Assembly (NCBI GenBank): GCA_964428655.1
Contig: CAYRYE010000001.1
Location: 9,328 to 73,327 of the forward strand
DNA: 64,000 bases
Direction: 5' to 3'
Source: an uncultured Gammaproteobacteria bacterium
GTDB taxonomy: Bacteria > Patescibacteriota > Microgenomatia > UBA12405 > JAHJSD01
Shown here: positions 42,485-52,647 of the stretch, in pieces
Layout of the letters: each line of letters opens with the position of its first letter
Numbering within the stretch: the stretch's first letter is position 1
The notes under the pieces: model-generated
Seen by the model: only the letters and a program-made list of their open reading frames with translations
Told to the model about the DNA's origin: nothing
Databases searched by the model: none
Translations under genes and position numbers: made by a program

Positions 42485-42523
42485 TTAATTGATAATAATG
42501 GGGATTGAAGGTATAATTCGAGC

Positions 42524-43366
42524 ATGAAAAAAGCAAGTATTGTCTTACTGATTTTAATAACTTGTTTGTTGTTTTTTCAAAGACCGACTCTTGCTGCTGA
42601 CTTAAGTGAGGCAATAGAGTCAAGAGTGTTTTCTGAAACTGAGCCCTTAAGTAAACCAACCAAAGGCAGATTGGAGTTAGCTTTGGAGCGGCAAAATATT
42701 GGTCCGCTTTCACCGCTTAATTTTTTGAAACATGCGATTCGAACCGCGATTAAGCGAGGAGCGCCGACTAACACTATCATTTTAGTTCTTCTTTTGCCTT
42801 TGGTTGGAGTTATTGTTAGCGGGCTTTATTATCTTGTTGGCTTAACCGGTTTTGGTATTTTTATGCCGGCAATGATATCAGTTGCTTTTTTAGCTACTGG
42901 AATAGTTGGCGGTCTAATTCTTTTTGCTATGATTCTGGTTTTGACTTTGGCAACAAGAAGAATTCTTAGGAAAATTAAATTTCATCAGCGATCAAGACGA
43001 GCAATTACTCTTTGGGTGGTTTCTTTGGGCACATTCCTCCTTTTGTTTTTTGCCCCCGCTTTTCATTTGCTTGACTTAACTAGGATTTCCATTTTTCCGA
43101 TTTTATTTATAATTCTCCTTTCTGATGAATTTGTTAGGGTTCGAACCGGGATGAGTCCAAAAAAAGCAATTAATATGATTGGAGGAACACTAGTTATTTC
43201 TATTTTTGGAGCCTTGATAATGGGCTGGGAGTGGTTTCAAGAATTAATTTTACTGAACCCGGAGATTAGTTCTCTTTTAATTCTTCTTGTTAGTTTTTCG
43301 GTTGGCCGCTACACAGGCTTTCGTCTATTGGAATATCGCCGCTTCAAAAGTGTAGTTAGAAAATAA
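42524..43366 (+). CDS. 7TM protein of the inactive-transglutaminase-associated family
   Basis: LVGLTGFGIFMP, IFPILF and GRYTGFRLLEYRRF. Confidence 0.82.
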   Translation: MKKASIVLLILITCLLFFQRPTLAADLSEAIESRVFSETEPLSKPTKGRLELALERQNIGPLSPLNFLKHAIRTAIKRGAPTNTIILVLLLPLVGVIVSGLYYLVGLTGFGIFMPAMISVAFLATGIVGGLILFAMILVLTLATRRILRKIKFHQRSRRAITLWVVSLGTFLLLFFAPAFHLLDLTRISIFPILFIILLSDEFVRVRTGMSPKKAINMIGGTLVISIFGALIMGWEWFQELILLNPEISSLLILLVSFSVGRYTGFRLLEYRRFKSVVRK

Positions 43367-43370
43367 TACA

Positions 43371-44681
43371 ATGAAGAATTTTTCATCTGTTTTAAGCAGG
43401 AATTACAGGAATCGGTTTTATTTGACGTATAACCATCCCCGAGGGAAAAAAATAGCCAATTCCAAATTGAGAACCAAAAAGATTTTGAGTAAAAATGAAG
43501 TTGCTATTCCTAAGCTTTTGGCGATTTTGAAAACACAAGCTGATGTGGCTAATTTTCGTTGGGAAGAGCTAGAGGAAAATTTTGCGGTTAAACCAGTTTC
43601 TAGTTCCGGAGGTGAGGGGATTCTTGTAATTCGAAAAAAGGCTAAATGGGCGGGCGAGTGGTTTTTAATGGATGGCAGGAAAATTAACATTTCTGATTTA
43701 AGATTTCATTGTTTTGATATTCTTCAAGGCCATTTTAATATTAGGAGAACACCAGACAAGATTTTTATTGAGGAGCGAGTTAAAATCCATCCTAAATTTT
43801 TGCGCTTTACCAAATTGGGAACTCCGGATATCCGTGTAATTGTTTTTAATCGAGTGCCAATAATGGCAATGTTGAGAATTCCTACTGAGGAGTCCGGAGG
43901 CAAAGCTAATATTACCCATGGAGCTATTGGCCTAGGAGTGGATTTAGCTACAGGAATTACCATTTTTGGAGTTCAAAATGACCATTTAATTACGAAGATT
44001 TATGATAGGCGCCGCAAGAAAAAAATTAAGGTTAATGGAATTAAAGTACCTTTTTGGAACAAAATTCTGAAAACTGCAGTTTTTTGTCAAGAAGTGGTTC
44101 CTGGATTAGGCTATATGGGGGTGGATATTTTTTTAGATAAAGAAAAAGGACCGGTGGTGGTTGAATTGAATGCTCGTCCCGGTCTTGCAATTCAAATTTG
44201 CAATCGGGCCGGTTTAAGACGCCGATTGGAGCGAATAGCAGGTTTAAAAGTGAGAAGCGCGGCTCATGGAATCAGAATCGCTCAATCTCTTTTTGGAGAA
44301 AGTTTTGTTGATCGAGTCAGGTCAAATATTGAAATAGAAGTGCTTTCAATGTTGGAACCGATTAGATTGAAAACTTTTGTTAAAGGAGTTAAAAGGCTGG
44401 ATTTAACTGCTAAGATAGATACTGGGGCTTTTCGCAGTTCGGTAGATGAGGAATTAGCGAAAGAAATAGGTCTTTTGAAGAAAGATAATATTCTTTATTA
44501 TCGCCACTATCGTTCTGCTTTGGGTAGAAAACACCGTCGGCCAGTAGTTGGAGCCACTTTTTGGATTAAAGGCAGAAAAATTATTACTGCTGTTAATGTG
44601 ACTAATAGAGAGAAGTTGAGAACTAAATTTTTGGTTGGCAGAAAAGATTTAAGTGGTTTTATGGTTAAAGTTGGAGAATAA
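43371..44681 (+). CDS. ATP-grasp ligase (alpha-L-glutamate-ligase-like/ATPgrasp_ST) fused to a RimK-associated DTG protease domain
   Basis: VKP..SGGEGI, PDIRVIV, ANITHGA and ELNARPGL; C-terminal AKIDTGAFRSS. Confidence 0.85.
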   Translation: MKNFSSVLSRNYRNRFYLTYNHPRGKKIANSKLRTKKILSKNEVAIPKLLAILKTQADVANFRWEELEENFAVKPVSSSGGEGILVIRKKAKWAGEWFLMDGRKINISDLRFHCFDILQGHFNIRRTPDKIFIEERVKIHPKFLRFTKLGTPDIRVIVFNRVPIMAMLRIPTEESGGKANITHGAIGLGVDLATGITIFGVQNDHLITKIYDRRRKKKIKVNGIKVPFWNKILKTAVFCQEVVPGLGYMGVDIFLDKEKGPVVVELNARPGLAIQICNRAGLRRRLERIAGLKVRSAAHGIRIAQSLFGESFVDRVRSNIEIEVLSMLEPIRLKTFVKGVKRLDLTAKIDTGAFRSSVDEELAKEIGLLKKDNILYYRHYRSALGRKHRRPVVGATFWIKGRKIITAVNVTNREKLRTKFLVGRKDLSGFMVKVGE

Positions 44682-44683
44682 AT

Positions 44684-45616
44684 ATGAAAAAACAAAAATC
44701 GGAAATTTTAGTTTTGTTCGGGAAAGGGGCCACTCCTCATATTCTTGCTGTTCAAAAAGAGTTAGAACTGCTTGGTGAGCCTGCGACTTTTTCTAATTAT
44801 AAAGATGTAAGATTTCAAGTGGGCGAAGGCGGCAGTGCCAAAATCCTTTTAGGTAAAACGAATTTATCTCAATTTAAGGTAATATTTTTTAGAACAACAG
44901 GTAAGAAATGGGAAGAGGTAAATTTAATACTTTCTTATCTTAAAGAAAGAGTTGAAAAAAAGTTGGTCAGGATTGTTGATCCTGTAATTTTGGGTGGACG
45001 ACCCTACCTTTCAATGAAGGCTCATCAAATGTTTGTTTTTCACCAAGCCGGTTTGCCAGTGCCGAGGACCATTTATGGCAGTTTGAAATTTATTAAAGAG
45101 GAAGTAGGTAGAGTAATTGGTTTTCCGGCAGTAGTAAAGCGAAGTGAAGGAGGTCGGGGCCAAAGAGTGTATTTAGCCAAAGATCAGCCGAGGCTAAATT
45201 ATTTAATCGAAGAACTTAAGTCTCAAGAGAAAGAAGAAGGAAAAAGATTTTTGGTCCAGGAATTTATTGCCAACAAAGGTGATTTGAGAATTTTAGTTTT
45301 GGGCAACCAAATATTGGGAGCAATAAAAAGAGTCAGAGCCAAAAAAGGCGAGTTCCGCAATAATGTTTCTCTGGGGGGCAAAGTCTATCCCTCTAAATTA
45401 GACAAAAAAATAAAACAGATAGCCTTGAGAGCGGCAAAAATTGCTCAACTTTCAGTGGCGGGAGTGGACATTGTTTTAAGGGATCCGGACCAAAAACCGT
45501 TTATTTTCGAGGTCAATCGTGCGCCTCAATTTAAAGGGTTTATGAGAGCCACTGGAATTAATGTGCCTTTAAAGCTGGCTGAGTATTTAATTTCATTAAA
45601 AGAACAAACAAGGTGA
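44684..45616 (+). CDS. RimK/LysX-family ATP-grasp ligase
   Basis: GLPVPRT, GGRGQRV, QEFI, DLRILV, FRNNVSLGG, AGVD and EVNRAP. Confidence 0.9.
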   Translation: MKKQKSEILVLFGKGATPHILAVQKELELLGEPATFSNYKDVRFQVGEGGSAKILLGKTNLSQFKVIFFRTTGKKWEEVNLILSYLKERVEKKLVRIVDPVILGGRPYLSMKAHQMFVFHQAGLPVPRTIYGSLKFIKEEVGRVIGFPAVVKRSEGGRGQRVYLAKDQPRLNYLIEELKSQEKEEGKRFLVQEFIANKGDLRILVLGNQILGAIKRVRAKKGEFRNNVSLGGKVYPSKLDKKIKQIALRAAKIAQLSVAGVDIVLRDPDQKPFIFEVNRAPQFKGFMRATGINVPLKLAEYLISLKEQTR

Positions 45617-46536
45617 AACTATTACTTTTAAGAATCAATAAAGAAAAATATGTACCGGAAAGAATTAAAGAAGAAGCGAAAAAATTAGGACATCAAGTGA
45701 ATGTTTGTCAATATCAAAATTTAGCTTTTAAATTCGACCCACTGTTTCAGGCAGGAATTTTAGATAAAAAAAACATTGCTGATTATGATGGACTTATTTT
45801 CCGAGTTGCCGGAACCACAAGTGGCAGTTATGTTGCCTTTCGGGATATTTTAATTGCTCAATTTTTAAAATCAGGAAAATTCTGTCTTAATGGCCGCAGT
45901 TATTTGAAATTTTCCCGTTTGGATAAGTTAATTCAACACTTTTATCTTTCCTGGGCTGGATTACCAGTGGTGAGAACTTTTTGTTTTGGCAAAGGTGCTT
46001 CCGTTGATTATGCTGAAGCTCAATTGGGAAAAAGACTTGGTTTTCCGATTATTGCCAAACCGCGCTTTGGTGCCCAGGGTAGAGAAATTTTCTTGTTGAA
46101 AAATGAAAGCGAAATTAAGAAGTTTTACCAAAAAACAAGAAAAAAAGAGGATATTAGTTTGTGGTTGTTCCAAGAGTTTTTATCCACAGGTTGTGATTAC
46201 AGAATTGTTGTTTTGGGTGGTAAAGTTTTGGGAGCAATGAAAAGAGTGGCAGTCAAAGGAATGATTGTGACTAATTTTTCTCAAGGTGGGTCTGTTTATT
46301 CTTTTGAACCAACAAAAAAGCAAATGCAATTGGCTCTAAAAGTAGCCAAACTATTTAATCTGGACTATGCTGGAGTCGATATTATGGAAGATAAGCAAGG
46401 TAATAGTTATGTTTTGGAAGTCAACCGCGCCTGCCAATTTAAAGGTTTTGAAAAAGCCACTGGCATTAACGTCGCCGCTAAAATTGTGGAATTACTTTTG
46501 ACACCTGGGGCAGAAAAAGGTGCCGCGGCCGCCTAA
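45613..46536 (+). CDS. RimK/LysX-family ATP-grasp ligase
   Basis: KPRFGAQG, QEFL, DYRIVV, TNFSQGG, AGVDI and EVNRA. Confidence 0.9.
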   Translation: MKLLLLRINKEKYVPERIKEEAKKLGHQVNVCQYQNLAFKFDPLFQAGILDKKNIADYDGLIFRVAGTTSGSYVAFRDILIAQFLKSGKFCLNGRSYLKFSRLDKLIQHFYLSWAGLPVVRTFCFGKGASVDYAEAQLGKRLGFPIIAKPRFGAQGREIFLLKNESEIKKFYQKTRKKEDISLWLFQEFLSTGCDYRIVVLGGKVLGAMKRVAVKGMIVTNFSQGGSVYSFEPTKKQMQLALKVAKLFNLDYAGVDIMEDKQGNSYVLEVNRACQFKGFEKATGINVAAKIVELLLTPGAEKGAAAA

Positions 46537-47307
46537 TTTGATTTTTTCAATTTTCCCTTGACAATCAAAACAGTTTTTCCCTTCTCGGTTATAAACTAAA
46601 AAATAGTCTTGATATAAACCCTTGCGACCTAAAGCGTCCAGATAGTATTGGTTAGAAGCGCCGCGATATTTAATACCGGCTTGGAGAACTTTCTCAATCG
46701 CCCGGTAGAGTCTCCTAGCCTCTTTTTCATTAATTTTATTAGCGGCTTGGCAGGGATCAACTTTAGCTAAAAACAAAGCATCATTGGCGTAAATGTTGCC
46801 TATGCCACTGATTTTTTTCTGATCCATTAAAACGATTTTAACAGCCCGTTTAGTGGAAGTGAGAATTTTTTTGAATCGGTTAAAACTGAGATCACTTAAA
46901 GGTTCAGGTCCAAATTCACTGAAGATTTTTTCCAGCTCCTTTTTATCTTTTAGCAATCTGATCCAGCCAAATTTTCGCAGATCGGCAAAACGGAGTTCTT
47001 GATTGCCACTTAAATAGATAGTGATGTGCTGCCATTTATCTGGAGGTTCTTTTCCATTTCGAACTAAAAGCCGGCCTGTTAGTTTAAGATGAATATTTAA
47101 GATCTTATCGTTGTCAAGGAAAATTTGAATAATTTTGGCTCGCCGGCCTACCTTTTTGATTTTGGTACCAATAATAGCTTTCTTTACCTTTTTAAAAGAA
47201 GGCTGGATTTGTTTAGGCGAGTCAGTTTCAATACCTAAGATTTTTTTACCAACAATTAGTTTTGATAGGCCCCGTTTAATGGTTTCAACTTCAGGTAGTT
47301 CCGGCAC
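46492..47307 (-). CDS. mutM: Formamidopyrimidine-DNA glycosylase
   Basis: PELPEVET N-terminus, SGIGNIYA and CxxC..CPRC zinc finger. Confidence 0.95.
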   Translation of the reverse strand: MPELPEVETIKRGLSKLIVGKKILGIETDSPKQIQPSFKKVKKAIIGTKIKKVGRRAKIIQIFLDNDKILNIHLKLTGRLLVRNGKEPPDKWQHITIYLSGNQELRFADLRKFGWIRLLKDKKELEKIFSEFGPEPLSDLSFNRFKKILTSTKRAVKIVLMDQKKISGIGNIYANDALFLAKVDPCQAANKINEKEARRLYRAIEKVLQAGIKYRGASNQYYLDALGRKGLYQDYFLVYNREGKNCFDCQGKIEKIKLGGRGTFFCPRCQK

Positions 47308-50093
47308 TATTTTCCAAACTCTACTCCAAAATTTAGATCTTTATCCAATTGCTGGTTAAATAACAATTTGCCTGAGACTAAACTGGCACTGGGATTGACT
47401 TGCAGCGGCTGCCAATTTTCGGGAAAAGAGACGAGTAGGGAAACTGGCGTTTCTCGGTAGCCAGATTGCTTTTGCCAATAGAGAAGATACCCCAATTTAT
47501 CATTGTTGGTATTTTGCTGTTGGCTAAAGCGTATTTCAACAGTCAATCTTTGTCTGATTGGCACTTTTACTTGAAAGCCAATCACTTCTTTTCCATCCGC
47601 TATTTCCTCTTTTCGCTTATCAACACCGATAATCTTTCTATTCTGGGCATTAAGGGGATCGTAGGCAACAATTTCTTCTATTTTGCTTTGTTTTGGCAAG
47701 TAAACCCGCAGCCAACTGAGGTATTTTCCCCCGGGCCAGCTTTCAGACACAGCCGTGTTTTCGTAGTTAATTTTTAATTGGTGACCAATTTCGCCGTTTT
47801 CTTTGAATTCAATTGCCTGTTCCAAAGTCCGGCGGAGAAAGTAGTTAGCCTTATTGACTCCTAAGTTAGCCTCAACAAGATAGAGGTAGTCGGCAAAACA
47901 ATTGTCGAGATTACAGCGCGGAGTTCTGATACTGCCATCCCAATTCAGCTGATAAAGAGTTTTATTTAATTGAGAATTATGAGTAAAGATAAGAATCTCT
48001 TTTTCCTCCAAAGAATCCATAATTGCTTGAGTAATTTTCAGGTGTTCTTCAGGTCGGGCAGCTTTAATATTCTCAAATAATTGTTTGCCTAATAATCCTA
48101 AAAAGGCCATTTTTTGGTCTGAGCCGGGAAAAGATTCGTTTTCAGACCAGAATTCGGCCCGTTCAAAAAGATTATTGGCATCAATTTTTTCATTAAAGTC
48201 GGGCAAATAGACTTCTCCAAAAGCGCTGATTATTTTTTTGGCCGCTTCTAGATTAAAACCGATCGTCCCATCGACTTCGCGGCCTAATTCTTTTTTCAAA
48301 AACCACTCTGAGCTCTTAGCAGTTTTAGGAAAATTAGGGTTCCAGTTTGAGTCTCTTAAGTACCAGTTTGCCTCTCCTAGGATTTCCTTAATCTCTCTTG
48401 GCGGCTCAACATGCCCTTTGAGTTGGCCATCAGCAGTGTAGACATCTTTGACATCAAAATTAGTTAGGGCTCCGTCTTCAAAAGTAAGTAGAGCAAAAGA
48501 ACCAATAAAACCTCCGGTTGGACGTAGCTCCATATTGTTTTGTAAAAGAACTAGAAAAGTTCTTCGTTGATTGTCAAGGCCGATTATCCACGGGAGGTTG
48601 CTCAATAGTTTTTCGCCTTTAGCTAATGGTTTCCTAATATTTTCGATTTTGGCGGCCCATTCCTTAGGTAAATGGCGCCATCTAAGCGGTAGCCAATGCC
48701 AGGAATTTTTTAAAAATGCTTCAATGAGTGTTAATTCAGCCGAAAGCTGGCTTTGTTGGGTTTGGATTTGTTGGATTTGTGCATTAAAGTCAAGGTCTTG
48801 GTCTTTTAAGATGGCTTCAGATAGAATTAGGGCATTCTTGGCTAAAGGGACAGCATTTTCACTAGCAGCGGCAATTCTTTTTCCAGTTTCAGCAATTTGC
48901 CCCAAGCTTTTTTTAGCAGTCAAAAAGAGACAGCTTAAACGATGGTTTTTAAGGAAGTTCTCTGCTTGCCAAAAGTGGTTTTTTGCTTTTCGAGTTGAGA
49001 TTTCAGCTTCAGCCCAAGATTGAGATTTAAGATAAGTGAGAGTTTTTTTTAGCTGCCAGCTGCCCAACCCGATGGCGACAGTTGGTTTTAGCCAGACTGA
49101 TAGTACAACAGCCAAGCCAAACAGTAGGAAAATTAGTAAATATTGCCATTGACGCGGCTTTTTATTTTTTACTTCAGCGGGCGGCGTTTTCGGTTTAGTT
49201 AGTGGCGGTTTTTCTTCAAACTGAGAGATGATTTTTTTTACCTTCTCTTCTAAAGGCTCTTCGATAATAATAGTTTCTTCTTCTTTTTCTTTTCTGAGTT
49301 TTTTCTTAGTTTTTTTAACTTTTTTAGGGATGATGGGGACTGGAGTTGGAGCTGGTATTTCCGGGGTAGTAAGAATGGTGATTTTTTCTGGCTCAATTTT
49401 TTTCCAAAAATAGCGAAAGGCTTTTTCTATAGCAACCTGCCAATCTATTTTGGGCTGCCAGTTTAACTGCTGATTAGTTTCTTGAATTTGAGCTGAAAAG
49501 TATTGAGGCAAACTTTGCTTTGAAGAAAAATGGATTCCCTGGGTTGTTTGGCTTAATTGCTGTAAAAAGTTGGCTAGCTTTCCTAATTCCACTGATTGAC
49601 CCAAGACTAAGAATTCCTTTTCGGTTGTTCCTGGCGTAACCAATGCCTGCCAGACTGCTTCAGCTAAATCATTTACTTGCAGAGGATAAATTTTCTCTGA
49701 GCTGGAGCCTGGGAATTCTAAGACTTTGTTTTTGACAGCAGAGCTGATTAGTTGACCTAAAAATGAGCTGGTTGGCATTTGAGGACCAACAAGAAAATCA
49801 GTTCTGACAACACGCCAGTTTATTTTTTCCAATGGCGGTGAAACATGTTGGCCGATCATTAATTGAAGATATTTAGTATTTTGTTTTTGGGCTAAACTGA
49901 TTGCTTTCCGACTGCCAAAGCAGTCAACAATATAATCAACGGATTTAGGAAGTTTTTGGTTTGAACCCGATTTAACACTCAAGCCTCTTTTTCTGAACAG
50001 TTTAGCAATCGATTTTCTCAAAAAATGATCAGCGAATATGACCATTGTTGAGCTGGTTGTTGATATCTCGAATTGAAAAGAAGTTTTGGGCAT
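47307..50093 (-). CDS. DUF4012-like membrane protein with degenerate epimerase-like N-domain
   Basis: LLQNNMELRPTGGFIGSFA, LRDSNW.P.FP and EANLGVNKAN. Confidence 0.8.
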   Translation of the reverse strand: MPKTSFQFEISTTSSTMVIFADHFLRKSIAKLFRKRGLSVKSGSNQKLPKSVDYIVDCFGSRKAISLAQKQNTKYLQLMIGQHVSPPLEKINWRVVRTDFLVGPQMPTSSFLGQLISSAVKNKVLEFPGSSSEKIYPLQVNDLAEAVWQALVTPGTTEKEFLVLGQSVELGKLANFLQQLSQTTQGIHFSSKQSLPQYFSAQIQETNQQLNWQPKIDWQVAIEKAFRYFWKKIEPEKITILTTPEIPAPTPVPIIPKKVKKTKKKLRKEKEEETIIIEEPLEEKVKKIISQFEEKPPLTKPKTPPAEVKNKKPRQWQYLLIFLLFGLAVVLSVWLKPTVAIGLGSWQLKKTLTYLKSQSWAEAEISTRKAKNHFWQAENFLKNHRLSCLFLTAKKSLGQIAETGKRIAAASENAVPLAKNALILSEAILKDQDLDFNAQIQQIQTQQSQLSAELTLIEAFLKNSWHWLPLRWRHLPKEWAAKIENIRKPLAKGEKLLSNLPWIIGLDNQRRTFLVLLQNNMELRPTGGFIGSFALLTFEDGALTNFDVKDVYTADGQLKGHVEPPREIKEILGEANWYLRDSNWNPNFPKTAKSSEWFLKKELGREVDGTIGFNLEAAKKIISAFGEVYLPDFNEKIDANNLFERAEFWSENESFPGSDQKMAFLGLLGKQLFENIKAARPEEHLKITQAIMDSLEEKEILIFTHNSQLNKTLYQLNWDGSIRTPRCNLDNCFADYLYLVEANLGVNKANYFLRRTLEQAIEFKENGEIGHQLKINYENTAVSESWPGGKYLSWLRVYLPKQSKIEEIVAYDPLNAQNRKIIGVDKRKEEIADGKEVIGFQVKVPIRQRLTVEIRFSQQQNTNNDKLGYLLYWQKQSGYRETPVSLLVSFPENWQPLQVNPSASLVSGKLLFNQQLDKDLNFGVEFGK

Positions 50094-50103
50094 TATGATG
50101 ATT

Positions 50104-50532
50104 TTAACAAACTTGCCTGCCTGTTGTAAGATCCAAGGCTTGATTGAGAAGTTGATCAGCCTCGCTGTTTAGTTCTCGAAAGATATGGTAGTAGTTGATT
50201 TTTGAGCGAAGATTCTTTTCCAAGGTTTTTGCTTTTTGCCAGAGAGATTTAATATTTAAAGATTTGATTTTAAACTCGCCTTTCATTTGAGCAACGACTA
50301 ATTTGGAGTCAAGAAAACAATCAATTACATTTACTTGAAATGTATTTTCTTTGACCCATTCTAAAGCGTGGATCAACCCTTGGTATTCTGCTTGATTATT
50401 AGTCGCTTTTCCAATGGTTTTGCCTTCTTGATAAATGGTTTTGCCTGTTTTGCTTTTGATGACTATTCCAATAGCAGCTGGGCCTGGATTGCCTCTTGCG
50501 CCTCCATCAGTGTAGATTTTTAAATATTTCAT
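50104..50532 (-). CDS. rnhA: Ribonuclease HI family protein
   Basis: YTDGGARGNPGPAA, TNNQAEY, DSKLVV and N.EAD. Confidence 0.92.
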   Translation of the reverse strand: MKYLKIYTDGGARGNPGPAAIGIVIKSKTGKTIYQEGKTIGKATNNQAEYQGLIHALEWVKENTFQVNVIDCFLDSKLVVAQMKGEFKIKSLNIKSLWQKAKTLEKNLRSKINYYHIFRELNSEADQLLNQALDLTTGRQVC

Positions 50533-50534
50533 GT

Positions 50535-50840
50535 TTAAAAATTTATTTCTTTCTCTAAATTTTTAATTTCTTCCCTAATCGGATCTAATTTTCTTGCTTT
50601 TTTGATTGCTATTTTGGCTAAATCTTTATCTTTAAGATTGTACCAAATAATAGCTAGTTTTGCCCAGGTGTCGGGATGCTCTGGATGTTTTTGGGCAATT
50701 CTTTTCCAAGTAATCAGTTTACCTTTCAACTCTTTTTTTCTTTGCTGGTAGGTTAAATAACTAATAATTAGAGTGGAAAAGGTGATACCAATACTTAATC
50801 CTAAAAAAAGGTATGGCGAGATTTTAATTATTTTTTTCAT
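50535..50840 (-). CDS. Membrane-anchored TPR-like protein
   Basis: TM segment followed by a TPR-like helix pair ending A..LDP. Confidence 0.7.
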   Translation of the reverse strand: MKKIIKISPYLFLGLSIGITFSTLIISYLTYQQRKKELKGKLITWKRIAQKHPEHPDTWAKLAIIWYNLKDKDLAKIAIKKARKLDPIREEIKNLEKEINF

Positions 50841-50841
50841 T

Positions 50842-52563
50842 TCAGCTTGATTCTACCCCTCTTAAAAATATTGCTCTCCAAGGCTGGTAAGCGGAATAGA
50901 ATGTTTTTTCGTGGAGAGTGTTTCCATTATTTGTTACTTTCCAGTCAAAAGCCGCCTTAGCGCCCCAGGATTTAAAATCAATTTGTTTGATAACACCTGG
51001 CGGTAAACTTGGGTCATCAATATATAAATCTTCTGGCGGTGGAACAGTACCCCAGAGTTTTATATTACTAATTTCCACTTTCCGGCCATCAGGTGAGCCG
51101 TAAAATTGAAAGGCAAGATAGTAATTTTTACGATCAAATTCTCTTTGGATAAGAATATAATTGCCGGTATCATTTTTAAATTTTAAATCACTTGTTGGAG
51201 AAAAGACGGTAGCGTCAAATCCCGGCTTTGAATTTTGTTCATAATAAGAGACTCGGTAGGCATGAGGGTGACGCTCAATAATAGGTAAACCAGTATTAAT
51301 TGCTGCTCGGAAAAGCGTGGTCGAGACTTGACAAACGCCGCCGCCGTCTCCCAAAACCGTTCGGCCCTCCTTAATTATATAGGCTTCACGATAACCAGTG
51401 GCTTTGGAGATATCTCCTAGGGCCTTGTTAAGAGAGAAAGTTTCTCCAGGATTAATTAGAATGCCGTTTAATTTATTAGAAGCTAGATCAACATTATGGA
51501 TTCTGGAAGTGATTGAGTGGCTGAAATATGATTCCCCCTCTCCAATCAGATCAACGATTCCTAATCGATTAGTATCAGGGGTTTTAATCTCGGGATCAAT
51601 TTTTCTGACTAATAATTCTTTAACACTCTTACTTTCGCCATTAATTAACTCATCCAATGCCTGTTCAATTAAATCACCAGCTTTCTCCTGGTTTAACTCA
51701 AAACCATCCTGGCCTGGTTTAAAGGCAGTTACTTTGCCGTGCTCAAATTTGAAAAGAGCGTCTTGGGCCGGTCGATTAATAGATTGAGTTAAGACTTCTA
51801 CATATTCGTTGATTTTTTCCCTGTCCCATTGGGAAGAAAAACTGACAAAATTGATTAATTGCACATCTTCGATAACAAAATTTTGTTGAGGACTGCTGAA
51901 GATAATTGTTTTGCCAATTAGTTTTTCCGCTTGCTCTTTGGCAAGTTTTATTTGATTTTCAGAAGGAAGGTTGTTTAGTTCCTTAACGACCAGATCAGCA
52001 GGTTGATCAATTTCAAAAGAAACAATTTTACTAAAAATAACCTTTCTTGAGGTTTTAGCATCAAGTTCCTTTCCCAACTTTCCCTCGCTGACAGTAACTT
52101 CTTTAGTTTTTTGATCAAAAGAAAGTTGAGTGGGAATAGCAGGCTGATAAATTTGGGCGGCAATTGTTGCCAGCTTTTCATCTAAAAGGCTTTCTTCTAA
52201 AGAAAATTCCAGGCTGATATATTTGGCTTTAAATTGGTTTTTGGCCGGGCTTCTTCGGAAAAGATAATATGCTGTTTGGGCAGTTTTCTGAGAATCTATT
52301 TGCAGATTTATTTCTTGTAAATCTATTTCCCAAGATTGGTTATTATGAGTCAAGTTCAATTTAAGACCTTTTTCTGTTTGAACTTTTCCATCAATAGCTT
52401 TTTTAGCTTGTTCAATAGTTAAACCACTGACATTAATATCATTTATCCAGGTTTTAGGATATATTCTGTTTTTATAAGCTAATAGAAAAGCCCCTAGGAT
52501 TGTAATTGGTAATCCAAGAGCAACAATGATTAGACTAAAAAAAATCGCCCTTTTCCAGCGCAC
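50842..52563 (-). CDS. VanW-family protein with PG-binding region
   Basis: GGGVCQVSTTLFRAA, ERHPH and DLKFKNDT. Confidence 0.9.
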   Translation of the reverse strand: MRWKRAIFFSLIIVALGLPITILGAFLLAYKNRIYPKTWINDINVSGLTIEQAKKAIDGKVQTEKGLKLNLTHNNQSWEIDLQEINLQIDSQKTAQTAYYLFRRSPAKNQFKAKYISLEFSLEESLLDEKLATIAAQIYQPAIPTQLSFDQKTKEVTVSEGKLGKELDAKTSRKVIFSKIVSFEIDQPADLVVKELNNLPSENQIKLAKEQAEKLIGKTIIFSSPQQNFVIEDVQLINFVSFSSQWDREKINEYVEVLTQSINRPAQDALFKFEHGKVTAFKPGQDGFELNQEKAGDLIEQALDELINGESKSVKELLVRKIDPEIKTPDTNRLGIVDLIGEGESYFSHSITSRIHNVDLASNKLNGILINPGETFSLNKALGDISKATGYREAYIIKEGRTVLGDGGGVCQVSTTLFRAAINTGLPIIERHPHAYRVSYYEQNSKPGFDATVFSPTSDLKFKNDTGNYILIQREFDRKNYYLAFQFYGSPDGRKVEISNIKLWGTVPPPEDLYIDDPSLPPGVIKQIDFKSWGAKAAFDWKVTNNGNTLHEKTFYSAYQPWRAIFLRGVESS

Positions 52564-52647
52564 GGTTAGTATTATATAACATTAGCTGTTCACTAATTAC
52601 TATTTTCCCTTGTAGCATTTAAACCGAGGTGGTAAAATAAAACCCAA

